A stretch of DNA of 32,000 nt from Desulfotalea psychrophila LSv54 (GCF_000025945.1 NC_006138.1:1710001-1742000); one strand, 5' to 3'. Counted from the first letter of the stretch, positions 9,460-18,130 are shown. The notes: a model not told the origin generated them from the letters alone. Made by a program: numbers and translations.

Positions 9460-9639
9460 CTATGCACTCTCCAGTGCAGTTGCAATCCTCTGGAATGTGG
9501 TATTTAGGGCGACACCTACAGCAGTAACAGCTGCAATAATAACAACGGCAATGAGTGCTGCAATCAGGCCGTACTCAATGGCGGTAACGCCGCTCTCGTC
9601 CTTTACAAACGTTCGAATCATGCTAAGAGTTTTTTTCAT
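9460..9639 (-). CDS. flp: Flp-family type IVb/c pilin, copy 1 (59 aa, not in the ORF track)
   Basis: Hand translation: MKKTLSMIRTFVKDESGVTAIEYGLIAALIAVVIIAAVTAVGVALNTTFQRIATALESA, then TAG. It has the Flp motif G/VTAIEY. The SD GGGAGGAGG lies just upstream of the ATG. 46 of 59 residues are identical to the neighbouring Flp. Confidence 0.9.
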   Translation of the reverse strand: MKKTLSMIRTFVKDESGVTAIEYGLIAALIAVVIIAAVTAVGVALNTTFQRIATALESA

Positions 9640-9811
9640 GGCTTCCTCCTCCCTATTTGCTTTTTACATGCCAGCCTCCATAGCCAGCATCATGGATCAC
9701 CTTCTAAAGGTGAATTAATTCGCTTCTTCAAGGACCAGATCCAACGATGTAACAGTTGAGCCGGGTACCAGTATGATATATCGGGTCAGTACCCTGCAGA
9801 CTCACTACGCA

Positions 9812-9997
9812 TTAAACAGGCTCATTCTCCAGGGCAGTCGCAATCCTCTGGAATGTGGTATTTAGGACGCCACCTATAATAGTAACGGCTGCAATGATAC
9901 CAATGGCAATCAGTGATGCAATCAGGGCGTACTCAATGGCGGTAACTCCGCTCTCGTCCTTTACAAACGTTTGAATCATATTAAGAGTTTCTTTCAT
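9812..9997 (-). CDS. flp: Flp-family type IVb/c pilin, copy 2 (61 aa)
   Basis: MKETLNMIQTFVKDESGVTAIEYALIASLIAIGIIAAVT... has the Flp processing motif G/VTAIEY followed by a hydrophobic helix. The SD AGGAGGA lies upstream. Confidence 0.92.
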   Translation of the reverse strand: MKETLNMIQTFVKDESGVTAIEYALIASLIAIGIIAAVTIIGGVLNTTFQRIATALENEPV

Positions 9998-10115
9998 GGT
10001 CTCGTCCTCCTAATCTGTTTTTTAACATGTCGATTTTTGTGGCTGACATCATGAATCCACTCTAAAATTTGATGGGCCTGGATCTCTTTTTTGAGCAAGG
10101 ATTGACGTACTGAGC

Positions 10116-11456
10116 TTAATCGGTCAGTAGATCTCCTCTGGTAGCTGAAAAATAGAGCCTTACAGCCTTGTCTAAATTTTCCCTGCTCATCCGGGGTGCT
10201 TCCCTTTCAAACAGGGCAATATTTATAAGCTGTTGTAAAATGTCTCGAGGGTGGCAGCCACGCATGGAACGAATTCCACGAAAGTGTTGAGCCAACAGAT
10301 ATTCTGCCATCTCCTCAGAGTAGTTAATATTGTATTGGCCTGCTGAAGCGCGTAGTATTTCGAGAAATTCAGGCTCTGTCGGATCCTGCATACCTATCTT
10401 GTATGGAAGACGTCTGAGGAATGCCTCATCTAAAATACTGACAGGATCAAGATTTGTACAAAAGATGAGCAGGGCATTAAATGGCACCTGAAATTTATTG
10501 CCGCTTGGCAGAGTGAGGTAATCAATCCGCTTCTCCAGGGGTAAAATCCAGCGATTCAACAGTTGGGCCGGTTCAATCCGCTGCCGGCCAAAATCATCTA
10601 TGACAAATATGCCGCTATTACCCTTCATTTGCAGAGAGGCTTCACAGATCTTGGTTTGGGCGTTGTATCCGATCTCCAATGAATCCATATCCATCTCGCC
10701 GCCAACAACCACCGCAGGGCGTTTAATCTTCAACCATCTCCTGTCAAATTTTATGGACTCTCCGCCATGACCGTTACCTTCCGCCATAGTATGACATTGT
10801 GGGTCATAGAGTTTTACCAACTGTCCTTCAATTAATAGGGTTCTTGGAATAAATATTGTGTTTTGAAAACAGTTGGCAATTCGGGTAGCAACTTCCGTTT
10901 TTCCGTTACCCGGCTTGCCAAAGAGAAAGAGACCCCGGCCGGAATTGATTGCGGGGCCAAGCAGTGAGTAGAACTCTTCAGAGAGAATTACGCCCTCCAT
11001 TGCCCCCTGCAAATCTTCCATCCCCGGTTGTTCGTTGCCTATGGATTGCAATACGATACTTTCAAGATAATGATCATAGACGACTGGCGCCGCCCCGATA
11101 TAGGCAGAAAACTCCATGGCTAGAAGGCCCTTCTGGCGACCTTTTTCTGAGAGGGCATAGACAAAATCATTCACTCCGGCGGTGGAGTAATAGGTTAAGA
11201 TCAGTCGCTGTTTCATGTCATAGAGCAACTCATCGAACGCCTTTAGAGGAAGGCACAGTTTCTGAGATATTTCCTTGCCGGAAAGCAGGCCGTGGTGAAG
11301 GAGAAGCTTGCAGGTTAAATCCTCAATAAAAACTGAATTTAAACCGGCCTCATCCAGATTGGCCGGAGCTTCAGGAAAAAATTGCAACTCCTCTGCGTCC
11401 CCCTCTTGGGAAGGATTCTTATGGGTATTAAGTAGTTCATTGAGAGTTCGAGCCAT
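10116..11456 (-). CDS. AAA+ ATPase (classic-clade-like core) with a unique ~190-aa N-terminal region containing a winged-helix-like segment. Function unknown.
   Basis: Walker A is LFGKPGNGKTEVA, Walker B is IFVIDDFGRQ (DD, not DE) and sensor-1 is FCTN. The SRH-like block is LDEAFLRRLPYKIGMQDPTEPEF. The start is moved to MARTLNELL (ATG 11456), which has GGGGAG 7 nt upstream. The track start at 11483 has no SD. Confidence 0.7.
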   Translation of the reverse strand: MARTLNELLNTHKNPSQEGDAEELQFFPEAPANLDEAGLNSVFIEDLTCKLLLHHGLLSGKEISQKLCLPLKAFDELLYDMKQRLILTYYSTAGVNDFVYALSEKGRQKGLLAMEFSAYIGAAPVVYDHYLESIVLQSIGNEQPGMEDLQGAMEGVILSEEFYSLLGPAINSGRGLFLFGKPGNGKTEVATRIANCFQNTIFIPRTLLIEGQLVKLYDPQCHTMAEGNGHGGESIKFDRRWLKIKRPAVVVGGEMDMDSLEIGYNAQTKICEASLQMKGNSGIFVIDDFGRQRIEPAQLLNRWILPLEKRIDYLTLPSGNKFQVPFNALLIFCTNLDPVSILDEAFLRRLPYKIGMQDPTEPEFLEILRASAGQYNINYSEEMAEYLLAQHFRGIRSMRGCHPRDILQQLINIALFEREAPRMSRENLDKAVRLYFSATRGDLLTD

Positions 11457-11852
11457 GCAAATACTCCCCGTTGAGAAACACACTCTACTGTGTGAAAATT
11501 TTATGATGATTTGACAGGGTTAAAGAGCCTGAAGACCAAACTAACTAAAATCATCGTATCATTTTTAAAAAGCGATGTAAAATCTGCTAGGAAGAATGTT
11601 CGTTTTTCTTTTCATCTCTCTAAGTTGGCAAAACTTGGTGAGTAAATGGCCGAGTGTCTCTTGCGGAAAATTCAAATAGTTGCAGTGGCTTAGGAGGGGT
11701 GTAGGGGGTTTGCCTAGCATCGTTTTTAGAATTTTGGGAGGTGCAGGCCACTTTTTGCACTTATTCGAATAATTTTGGGGAAAGTGGAGGTGATTAAGAG
11801 GCGGGACATCCTCCTCTAAGAGAAGAAGGGGCTAAAATTATGGCTTTGGTCT

Positions 11853-12956
11853 TTAGGATCGTTTATTGAACATCCATCTGGCAAGTGGCAGGGTGCAGGA
11901 GCTTATAAGGATCATTGGCCAGATCTGTGGCCAGACGGTGGCGCTATCTGCCCCGGCCAGGAAAATTTGTCGTAAGCCGTTGACGGCGTATCGCAGTGGG
12001 GTGAGGTAGGTGATAGTCTGGAGCCAGTCTGGCATATTGGCAATGGGGGTGGTAAAGCCGCTGAGGAGAACCGTTGGCATAATAAATATAAAGGCACCAA
12101 GCAGGGCCTGTTGCATGGTACTGCATATTGCCGAGATAAAGAGTCCAATCCCTACAATGGCCAGGACAAAGACCAGCAGGATTAGGCAAAGGGCGGTAAA
12201 TGTTCCCCGAAAGGGAATATCAAACCACATTATTGCCCCCAGGGAGAGGATCAGGGCATCAAAAAGTCCTAAAACAAGGCAGGGGATAGCCTTGCCGATA
12301 AGGATTTCCGTGCTGGAGAAGGGTGCGACCAATAGTTGATCAAAGGTCCCGAATTCCCGTTCCCGGGCAACGGAGAGGGCGGAGAGGATCATGACCACGA
12401 TCATGCTGATGACAGCGCCGAGGGCAGAAACAATAAACCACCTGCTCTGTAGATTTTCATTAAACCACGCCACCCCTATAATATAGGGGGCCTGACGAAT
12501 ATTACTGTCCCCCCGTTGTCTGGCATTAAAGACCCCTATGATGGACTGCACATAGCCAAGGCTGACCGCTGCCACGTTAGAGTTACGCCCGTCCGTGATG
12601 GCCGAGATGCTGCCAGCGGTTGTCTTGTCAAATTCGCTAGGGATATGGATGATGAGTCGTACCTCTTGTCGATTGAGCATCTCCCTTGCCTCAGTGTTTG
12701 AGCTAAGGCTTGTGACAAGGTGAAAATTTTCAGAGCCTGCAAAGAGGGCAAGCAACTGTCGTGACTTTGGGCTATGAGACTCATCGAGCACTGCATAGGG
12801 AATTTGGTTTAGATCAAATGTTGCCGCGTAGCCAAAGATAAAAAATTGGATGAGGGGGGGCAGAATAACAATAATTCTGCTTTTGGGATCTCTTAGAATT
12901 ATTGTAAATTCTTTGCCGATCAGGGTGAAAATGTGTGAAAAAAATGTCTCTATCAT
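11853..12956 (-). CDS. ABC-2 type exporter permease (YbhR/YhhJ-like)
   Basis: 367 aa with an N-terminal TM, a large periplasmic loop and 5 C-terminal TMs. It has a 4-nt ATGA overlap with the preceding permease gene. Confidence 0.85.
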   Translation of the reverse strand: MIETFFSHIFTLIGKEFTIILRDPKSRIIVILPPLIQFFIFGYAATFDLNQIPYAVLDESHSPKSRQLLALFAGSENFHLVTSLSSNTEAREMLNRQEVRLIIHIPSEFDKTTAGSISAITDGRNSNVAAVSLGYVQSIIGVFNARQRGDSNIRQAPYIIGVAWFNENLQSRWFIVSALGAVISMIVVMILSALSVAREREFGTFDQLLVAPFSSTEILIGKAIPCLVLGLFDALILSLGAIMWFDIPFRGTFTALCLILLVFVLAIVGIGLFISAICSTMQQALLGAFIFIMPTVLLSGFTTPIANMPDWLQTITYLTPLRYAVNGLRQIFLAGADSATVWPQIWPMILISSCTLPLARWMFNKRS

Positions 12957-14047
12957 TTGAGTCTCCTGGGGATTTTACGTAAGGTAGCAAAGAGAAGCAG
13001 GGAGGCCATGCCGCTAAGGATTGCTGCTGCCGGGAGAATGACAGGCCAGACATTACCTGCCAGAAAAATGGTCTGGGCTATTGTTACAAAATATTTAGCA
13101 GGGACAAGGTAACTCACCCATTGGATAGGAATAGGGGTGCTGCCAAGGTCAAAGAGCAATCCGGAGAGAAAGAGTGCCGGCAGAAAACCTGCCAGAATCG
13201 AGGCCATGGCGGCGATAAATTGCACCCGTGTTATGGCGGAGATAAAAAGGCCTAATCCCAGAGAGGCACAGAGGAAAATAGAGCTGAAGAGGAGGAGTAG
13301 GGTCACTGAACCTCGGAGAGGCACCCCGAAAACCGATAGGCCAAGCAGGGTGGAGAGCAGCATTCCGGCAATACCGATTGCAAAATAGGGGAGTAATTTG
13401 CCAAGGAGGATCTCATGGGTGCGAAGAGGGGTGGCCAGAATATTTTCCATTGTCCCTCTCTCCCACTCCCGAGCGATTACCAGGGCCGTAAGCAGGGTGC
13501 CTATAATGGTCATGATTAGGGCCAGCAGGCCGGGGACCAAAAAATGGCTGCTGTTAATGTTTTCGTTAAACCATACCCGTGGCTGAACGTGCAGGAAGGG
13601 GGGCTGTTCGCCCCGCCTTGCCGCCTCTATGCTTAGCCAATTAGCGACAAGCCCCTGCACATATCCCTCGATAAGCCGGGCCCGGTTGGCATCAATGCCG
13701 TTGGCAATAAGCTGAATGGCATGATCCTTGTCAAAATTGCTCGGTACCCTGATGATGCCGTCAATATTATTGGCAGATTTTATAGCCTCCTGCATCGAGG
13801 TAAAGTATATGGGGCTGAAGTAGCTGGAGAGGTCAAAGCGGGCGGCAAGGTCTCTTGTCTGGCTACTCTCCTTTTCTATGACTACAGCAATGGGCACATT
13901 TTTTGGGTCAAGAGAAATTCCATAGCCAAAGAGCAAGAGGAGGACAACGGGCATAAGGATGCCAAGGAGGATGCTGCTGGGATCTCTCTTTATCTGTAAA
14001 AATTCCTTGCGCAGAAAGCCGCGCAGGCGCATAAGGGAAAGATTCAT
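12953..14047 (-). CDS. ABC-2 type exporter permease (YbhS-like)
   Basis: Same architecture as its paralogue. The start is moved to MNLSLMRLRGFLRKEF (ATG 14047), 1 nt after the ATPase stop. The longer track ORF would overlap the ATPase gene by 38 nt. Confidence 0.85.
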   Translation of the reverse strand: MNLSLMRLRGFLRKEFLQIKRDPSSILLGILMPVVLLLLFGYGISLDPKNVPIAVVIEKESSQTRDLAARFDLSSYFSPIYFTSMQEAIKSANNIDGIIRVPSNFDKDHAIQLIANGIDANRARLIEGYVQGLVANWLSIEAARRGEQPPFLHVQPRVWFNENINSSHFLVPGLLALIMTIIGTLLTALVIAREWERGTMENILATPLRTHEILLGKLLPYFAIGIAGMLLSTLLGLSVFGVPLRGSVTLLLLFSSIFLCASLGLGLFISAITRVQFIAAMASILAGFLPALFLSGLLFDLGSTPIPIQWVSYLVPAKYFVTIAQTIFLAGNVWPVILPAAAILSGMASLLLFATLRKIPRRLK

Positions 14048-14048
14048 C

Positions 14049-15743
14049 CTATTGATCTCCCTCCTCAACCAGTTGAATAAAGGCATCCTCTATGCTGGGA
14101 TTGGGGTTTTCGGCCGAAAGGGCATGCTTGCGTATCTCTTTCGGGGTGCCCATTGCCAGTATTTTCCCCTTGGCCATAATCAGGATTTTATCACAAAATT
14201 CAGCCTCTTCCATATAGTGGGTGGTGACGATAACCGTCATCCCCTTCTGGGCAAAGGAGCTGATTCGGAGCCAGAACTCCCTGCGGGCCAGGGGGTCTGT
14301 ACCCGAGGTTGGTTCATCGAGGAAGAGGATATCGGGATTATGCAGGCTGGCGCTGGCCATAGCCAGACGTTGGCGATGTCCTGCCGGTAGTAGGCCTGCG
14401 GCATCGTCTCGGTGTTGGTCAAGATTAAACTCTATAAGTGCCCGCTCTATTTTAGCTGTGAGCTTCTTGCCACCCAGGTTATAGGCACGACCGAAGAAAC
14501 GGAGGTTTTGTATGACACTGAGCTGGGTATAGAGGGAGAATTTTTGGGCCATATATCCCAGTCTTGCCCTGGTTTTGCCTGGGCTTTTTAAGAGATCGTG
14601 GCCAGCAATGGTGATTGAACCGGAGCTTGCCCGTAAGAGCCCACAGAGCATTCTGAAAATTGTGGTCTTTCCCGCCCCGTTACCGCCAAGCAGGCCAAAT
14701 ATTTCCCCCCGTTTTACCTCGAAGGTGGTGTCCTCTACCGCGGTAAATTCGCCGAATTTTTTTTGCAGGCCCTCCACCCTAACCACCACCTCCTCTCTTT
14801 TTCCACCACTGTCCTCTCCCATCTGAATGAGCTGTGGCGGGGAGACATTTTCTGCCCATATATCCATAAAGGCATCGGCAAAGAGAGGCGGGCATGCCTT
14901 TGCCTGTGGGTAGGCCGGACAAAATGTGTCTGGTCTTCCGGTGATGACCCGTAAGCTACCGCAATCTATGCCAACATGGCTGATCTCTTTATCCCGGCTC
15001 AACTCTATCATGCTGTCACGGGCTAGTTTTCCCGCAGTTGCGGGAAGTAAAAAGACCCTGCCTTTGACCCGTTCTGTGATCTTGTCGGGGCTGTCATTAA
15101 ATAGAATTTTTCCCTGATTAAGAATTATGGCCTGGTCGCAACGCATTACCTCGTCAAGATATGTGCTGGCAAGAAAAACCGTCGTGCCCTCTTCCCGGAC
15201 AGTGGCAAGAATTATCTGCCATAGATCCCGCCGGGAAACGGGGTCTACCCCCACCGTCGGTTCGTCGAGGATAAGTACTTTGGGGGAGGCTAGTAGACAG
15301 CAGGCAACGCCTAATTTTTGTTTCATGCCACCGGAGAGTTTTCCGGTAAAGCGCTGAACAAAGGGGGCAAGGGCCGTGCTGGTCAGTATTTTTTCCTGAA
15401 TAGCCTTTCGCCTGTGGGAGGGCACTCCATGCAGATCGGAGTAGAGGTCCAGATTTTCCTGGACGGTAAGATCCTCGTAGAGTCCGCATTGTTGGGGCAT
15501 ATATCCTATCTGGCAGCGCAGGGCATCGAGATCGGTACAGATGTTGTGGCCCAGCATCCTGGCCTGACCGGAATCGGGCAGGATCAGGCTTGCCATGGTG
15601 CGTAGTAGGGTTGTCTTGCCCGCCCCGTCAGGTCCGATAAAGCCAATGATCTGACCTGGCTCTGCCGAAAAAGAGATCCCGTCAAGTGCTGTTTTAGAGC
15701 CGAAGCGTACAACAAGATCACTGATCTCAAGAATAGGGGCCAT
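14049..15743 (-). CDS. ABC transporter ATPase with two fused nucleotide-binding domains (YbhF-like)
   Basis: 564 aa. Walker A motifs are GPDGAGKTT and GGNGAGKTT, signatures are LSGGMKQKL and LPAGHRQRL, and Walker B motifs are LILDEPT and LFLDEPT. Confidence 0.92.
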   Translation of the reverse strand: MAPILEISDLVVRFGSKTALDGISFSAEPGQIIGFIGPDGAGKTTLLRTMASLILPDSGQARMLGHNICTDLDALRCQIGYMPQQCGLYEDLTVQENLDLYSDLHGVPSHRRKAIQEKILTSTALAPFVQRFTGKLSGGMKQKLGVACCLLASPKVLILDEPTVGVDPVSRRDLWQIILATVREEGTTVFLASTYLDEVMRCDQAIILNQGKILFNDSPDKITERVKGRVFLLPATAGKLARDSMIELSRDKEISHVGIDCGSLRVITGRPDTFCPAYPQAKACPPLFADAFMDIWAENVSPPQLIQMGEDSGGKREEVVVRVEGLQKKFGEFTAVEDTTFEVKRGEIFGLLGGNGAGKTTIFRMLCGLLRASSGSITIAGHDLLKSPGKTRARLGYMAQKFSLYTQLSVIQNLRFFGRAYNLGGKKLTAKIERALIEFNLDQHRDDAAGLLPAGHRQRLAMASASLHNPDILFLDEPTSGTDPLARREFWLRISSFAQKGMTVIVTTHYMEEAEFCDKILIMAKGKILAMGTPKEIRKHALSAENPNPSIEDAFIQLVEEGDQ

Positions 15744-15746
15744 TGT

Positions 15747-16832
15747 CTATTGCCTGTCTATTTTTACGGTGACAGGCATGCCGAGGCGTAGCTGGTCGCG
15801 GCTGTCGTCCAGGCGAATTCTGACCTCATAGACAAGCTGGGTACGTAGATCTGTGGTTTGCACATTTTTTGGGGTGAACTCTGCCTGTGGAGAGATAAAA
15901 CCGACCTTGCCGGGGAAGGGTCTGTCCGGAAAGCTGTCGCTAAAAACAGATGCTGCCATCCCTAAATTGACAAAACCAAGTTCCGGCTCAGGCAGATAGG
16001 CACGCACCCACTTTTCATCGGTGAGTGATAGTATCAGGGCCGGCACATTCATGGCGGCCATCTCGCCCGGTTCGGCAATACGGCTCTGGATAATCCCTGC
16101 CCGGGGCGCTCGTAGTTGGCTGTCCCTGAGTTGCTGGTTGATAAAGTCTACCTGGGCCCTTTTGCCCTTATATATGTTTCGGGCCTGGAGAATTTTCTCT
16201 GTTCTCGGGCCCTCTTTGGCAAGGTCATAGGCCTGCCTAGCAAGTTCGGTTAGGGCCCGTGATACAGCCAACTCGGCTATGGCATCATCGAGTTGTTGTT
16301 TGGAACCACCACCCTCTTTAACGATGCCCCTGAGACGTTTTGTCAGGAGTTTGACCCGGTGGATTTGTGCCTTGCCAGCCACGACCTTGGCCCGGGCCAT
16401 GGCAATTTCCTGCGGTCGAAGTCCGCTTTCAAGTTCCTTGACTGCCTGGGCCTGAGCGGCACTCTCTGCCTCTGCCCCCCGTAGTTGCAGGAGAAGCCGG
16501 GTCTCATCAAGCTGTCCTAATAGCTGTCCCTTCTTGACCCGATCTCCCTCGTCGACAGAGATCTCCCGGATGCGTCCCTGTTCCCTGAAGGCCAGCCTTG
16601 CCGTCCGTATCTCTATATGGCCATATACGGTTACGCCTTCCTCTCCTGCCTGCTCCTGCCAAAAGGCCAATCTTGAGAGTAGTCCCTCTCCTCTGGTCGC
16701 TGTGCTGTTTGTACTGTAGAGCCAGATTGCTCCAACCGTGGCGAGAGCAAGGATGGCAATAAGTGCTTTTTTTCTTCCCATGGGTTTCACTGAAAATAGC
16801 TCTAGGGTGGTTTGGAAAATTAAGCGTTTCAT
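15747..16832 (-). CDS. HlyD-family periplasmic adaptor (YbhG-like)
   Basis: 361 aa with a membrane anchor, the lipoyl-like segment VDEGDRVKKGQLLGQLDE, a long coiled-coil region and a C-terminal beta-barrel. It is the first gene of the ABC operon. The start is uncertain (alternative ATG at 16781). Confidence 0.85.
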   Translation of the reverse strand: MKRLIFQTTLELFSVKPMGRKKALIAILALATVGAIWLYSTNSTATRGEGLLSRLAFWQEQAGEEGVTVYGHIEIRTARLAFREQGRIREISVDEGDRVKKGQLLGQLDETRLLLQLRGAEAESAAQAQAVKELESGLRPQEIAMARAKVVAGKAQIHRVKLLTKRLRGIVKEGGGSKQQLDDAIAELAVSRALTELARQAYDLAKEGPRTEKILQARNIYKGKRAQVDFINQQLRDSQLRAPRAGIIQSRIAEPGEMAAMNVPALILSLTDEKWVRAYLPEPELGFVNLGMAASVFSDSFPDRPFPGKVGFISPQAEFTPKNVQTTDLRTQLVYEVRIRLDDSRDQLRLGMPVTVKIDRQ

Positions 16833-17003
16833 AAAATAGTACTTTTCTTTTATGCAATCGCAAAAGCACCTGTTTTGTCAATGTTTTTCTCCATGGGCCT
16901 TTGGCAAGAGTGCTCATTTTAGGTATGGACACGGAGAGGTGCGGGCCCGGATCAGAGTTCTCTCACCGTGGAAGAGGTCTCTTGGTGGGTGTCTGTTTTA
17001 TTG

Positions 17004-17060
17004 CAGGCAGGAGGGGCTCCCGCTAGTCAGGGAGGCAGATGCTCCTGTTTGTTGTAGTTT
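17004..17060 (+). terminator. Terminator-like hairpin plus T-rich tract inside the long leader upstream of mtnN
   Basis: CAGGAG (17008-17013) pairs with CTCCTG (17042-17047), and inner CTCCC (17017-17021) pairs with GGGAG (17030-17034). The hairpin is followed by TTTGTTGTAGTTT. No plus-strand gene lies upstream of it. Confidence 0.35.
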
Positions 17061-17255
17061 GCCGCTTATCGATTGTTTGTAACAGGGGAACAGTGTACCT
17101 TAAAGGAAGAAAAATGTTGGCAATGGGGGCTGCTGGGGCCGATTTGCTCTTGTCTCCTCATGAGAAGATGTCTTCCTTTGCCCTAAACCCTTTGATAACG
17201 ATTATGACGAGATTATCAATCAGTACTCTATCCTTTATTCTAGCAATCACTCCCT

Positions 17256-18044
17256 ATGAACATAGAAAAATCACATTTCCGGACAATTGGTGTGCTCTCA
17301 GCTATGCCGGCAGAGCTTGAGCACTTAGAGGCTAATATTATAGATAAACAGGAGGTGGCTCCGGGCATCGCTAAAGGTCGTATCGGTTCTCATACCGTCT
17401 ACGCTACTCTTTCCGGAATAGGGAAGGTCAACGCAGCCGCCACGGTTCAAAGGCTTATCTCTGAGTTTAAAATAGATATTATCATGTTTTCAGGTGTGGC
17501 TGGCGCAATAAATCCTGAGTACAGGGTGGGGGATGTCGTTTTACTATCCAGGGCCTTTCAGCATGACTTCGGTCATCTGGGCAGGGCATTCAAAATGCAT
17601 GCAGTTGGTGTTCTTCCAGAAATAGGTATAGGAAGTGGAGAGGAGTCTCCCTATTTAGATCTCAATCTCTTTTGGCAAGAGGATGTTTTGGTCAATCTTA
17701 AGAAAAGATCAGTTGAATTCTCAAAGTCATTTAGCCCGGTTCAGGTGAATGGTCAGGACTATTTGCCTGCCCTTAAGATTGACGGAACTGTGGCCACCGG
17801 TGATCAGTTTATTGCCAGTGATGCCAAAAAGAAAGTCTTGCAAAGCCAGGGGGCGGATATTGCAGAGATGGAAGGTGCAGCTGTCGCTCAGGTAGCGGCC
17901 CAGAATAAAATTCCCTGCATGATCTTTCGTTCTGTCTCCGACACAGCAGGGGGGGAGGCCAACCTTGATTTTCAGAATTTTTTTGCCACTGTAGCTAAAA
18001 ACAATGCTGAACTGGCCGCCTATCTCATAGGCGAACTTCCATAA
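17256..18044 (+). CDS. mtnN: 5'-methylthioadenosine/S-adenosylhomocysteine nucleosidase (Pfs/MtnN family, PNP_UDP_1 fold)
   Basis: It aligns by eye along its whole length with E. coli Pfs. Shared blocks include IGVLSAMPAELEHL, LSGIGKVNAAAT, FSGVAGAINP, TGDQFIAS, AEMEGAAVAQVA and FRSVSDTAG. A futalosine hydrolase (MqnB) is not excluded. Confidence 0.8.
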   Translation: MNIEKSHFRTIGVLSAMPAELEHLEANIIDKQEVAPGIAKGRIGSHTVYATLSGIGKVNAAATVQRLISEFKIDIIMFSGVAGAINPEYRVGDVVLLSRAFQHDFGHLGRAFKMHAVGVLPEIGIGSGEESPYLDLNLFWQEDVLVNLKKRSVEFSKSFSPVQVNGQDYLPALKIDGTVATGDQFIASDAKKKVLQSQGADIAEMEGAAVAQVAAQNKIPCMIFRSVSDTAGGEANLDFQNFFATVAKNNAELAAYLIGELP

Positions 18045-18130
18045 GTGCCGCCCCGTCTGGCTAGTCGGAAAAGAGATGCAGTGGTGATGGCTCGGTGCTC
18101 ATAAATTTGCTGAGCATCAGCTGCAGGCAA

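Larger units (their letters stand above)
9441..10072 (-). repeat. Tandem duplication of the flp gene including 5' and 3' flanks (two ~280-bp copies, offset ~345 bp)
   Basis: The 3' flank tcagtaccctgcagactcacta occurs at both 9441 and 9786. The coding regions align throughout. The 5' leaders share catcatgGatcac / catcatgAatccac and ctaaa blocks. Confidence 0.85.

Noticed and set aside
9658-9673. Sigma54-like element TGGCATG-taaa-AAGCA (minus strand) with correct GG-N10-GC spacing upstream of flp copy 1
   Set aside because: The -12 GC lies only about 20 nt from the ATG, so the predicted start site would fall inside the Shine-Dalgarno and leave a leader of about 8 nt. The homologous position upstream of flp copy 2 reads CGACATG...AAACA and lacks both GG and GC. 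No sigma54 activator is present in the window. It is probably coincidental.
12953-14086. Track start codons for several genes: 14086 for the permease, 29073 for the binding protein, 19773 for the repeat protein, 21112 for TetR, 21838 for the flavoprotein and 11483 for the AAA+
   Set aside because: The upstream extensions overlap neighbouring genes or precede the signal peptide or SD. Internal starts with proper SDs (14047, 29232, 19830, 21145, 21850, 11456) were preferred.
18095-18117. 7-bp hairpin (one G-U pair) between the convergent mtnN and PAP2-like genes as a bidirectional terminator
   Set aside because: The stem is short and AU-containing, the loop is 9 nt, and there is no flanking U/A tract on either strand. 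The support is insufficient to list it as a feature.
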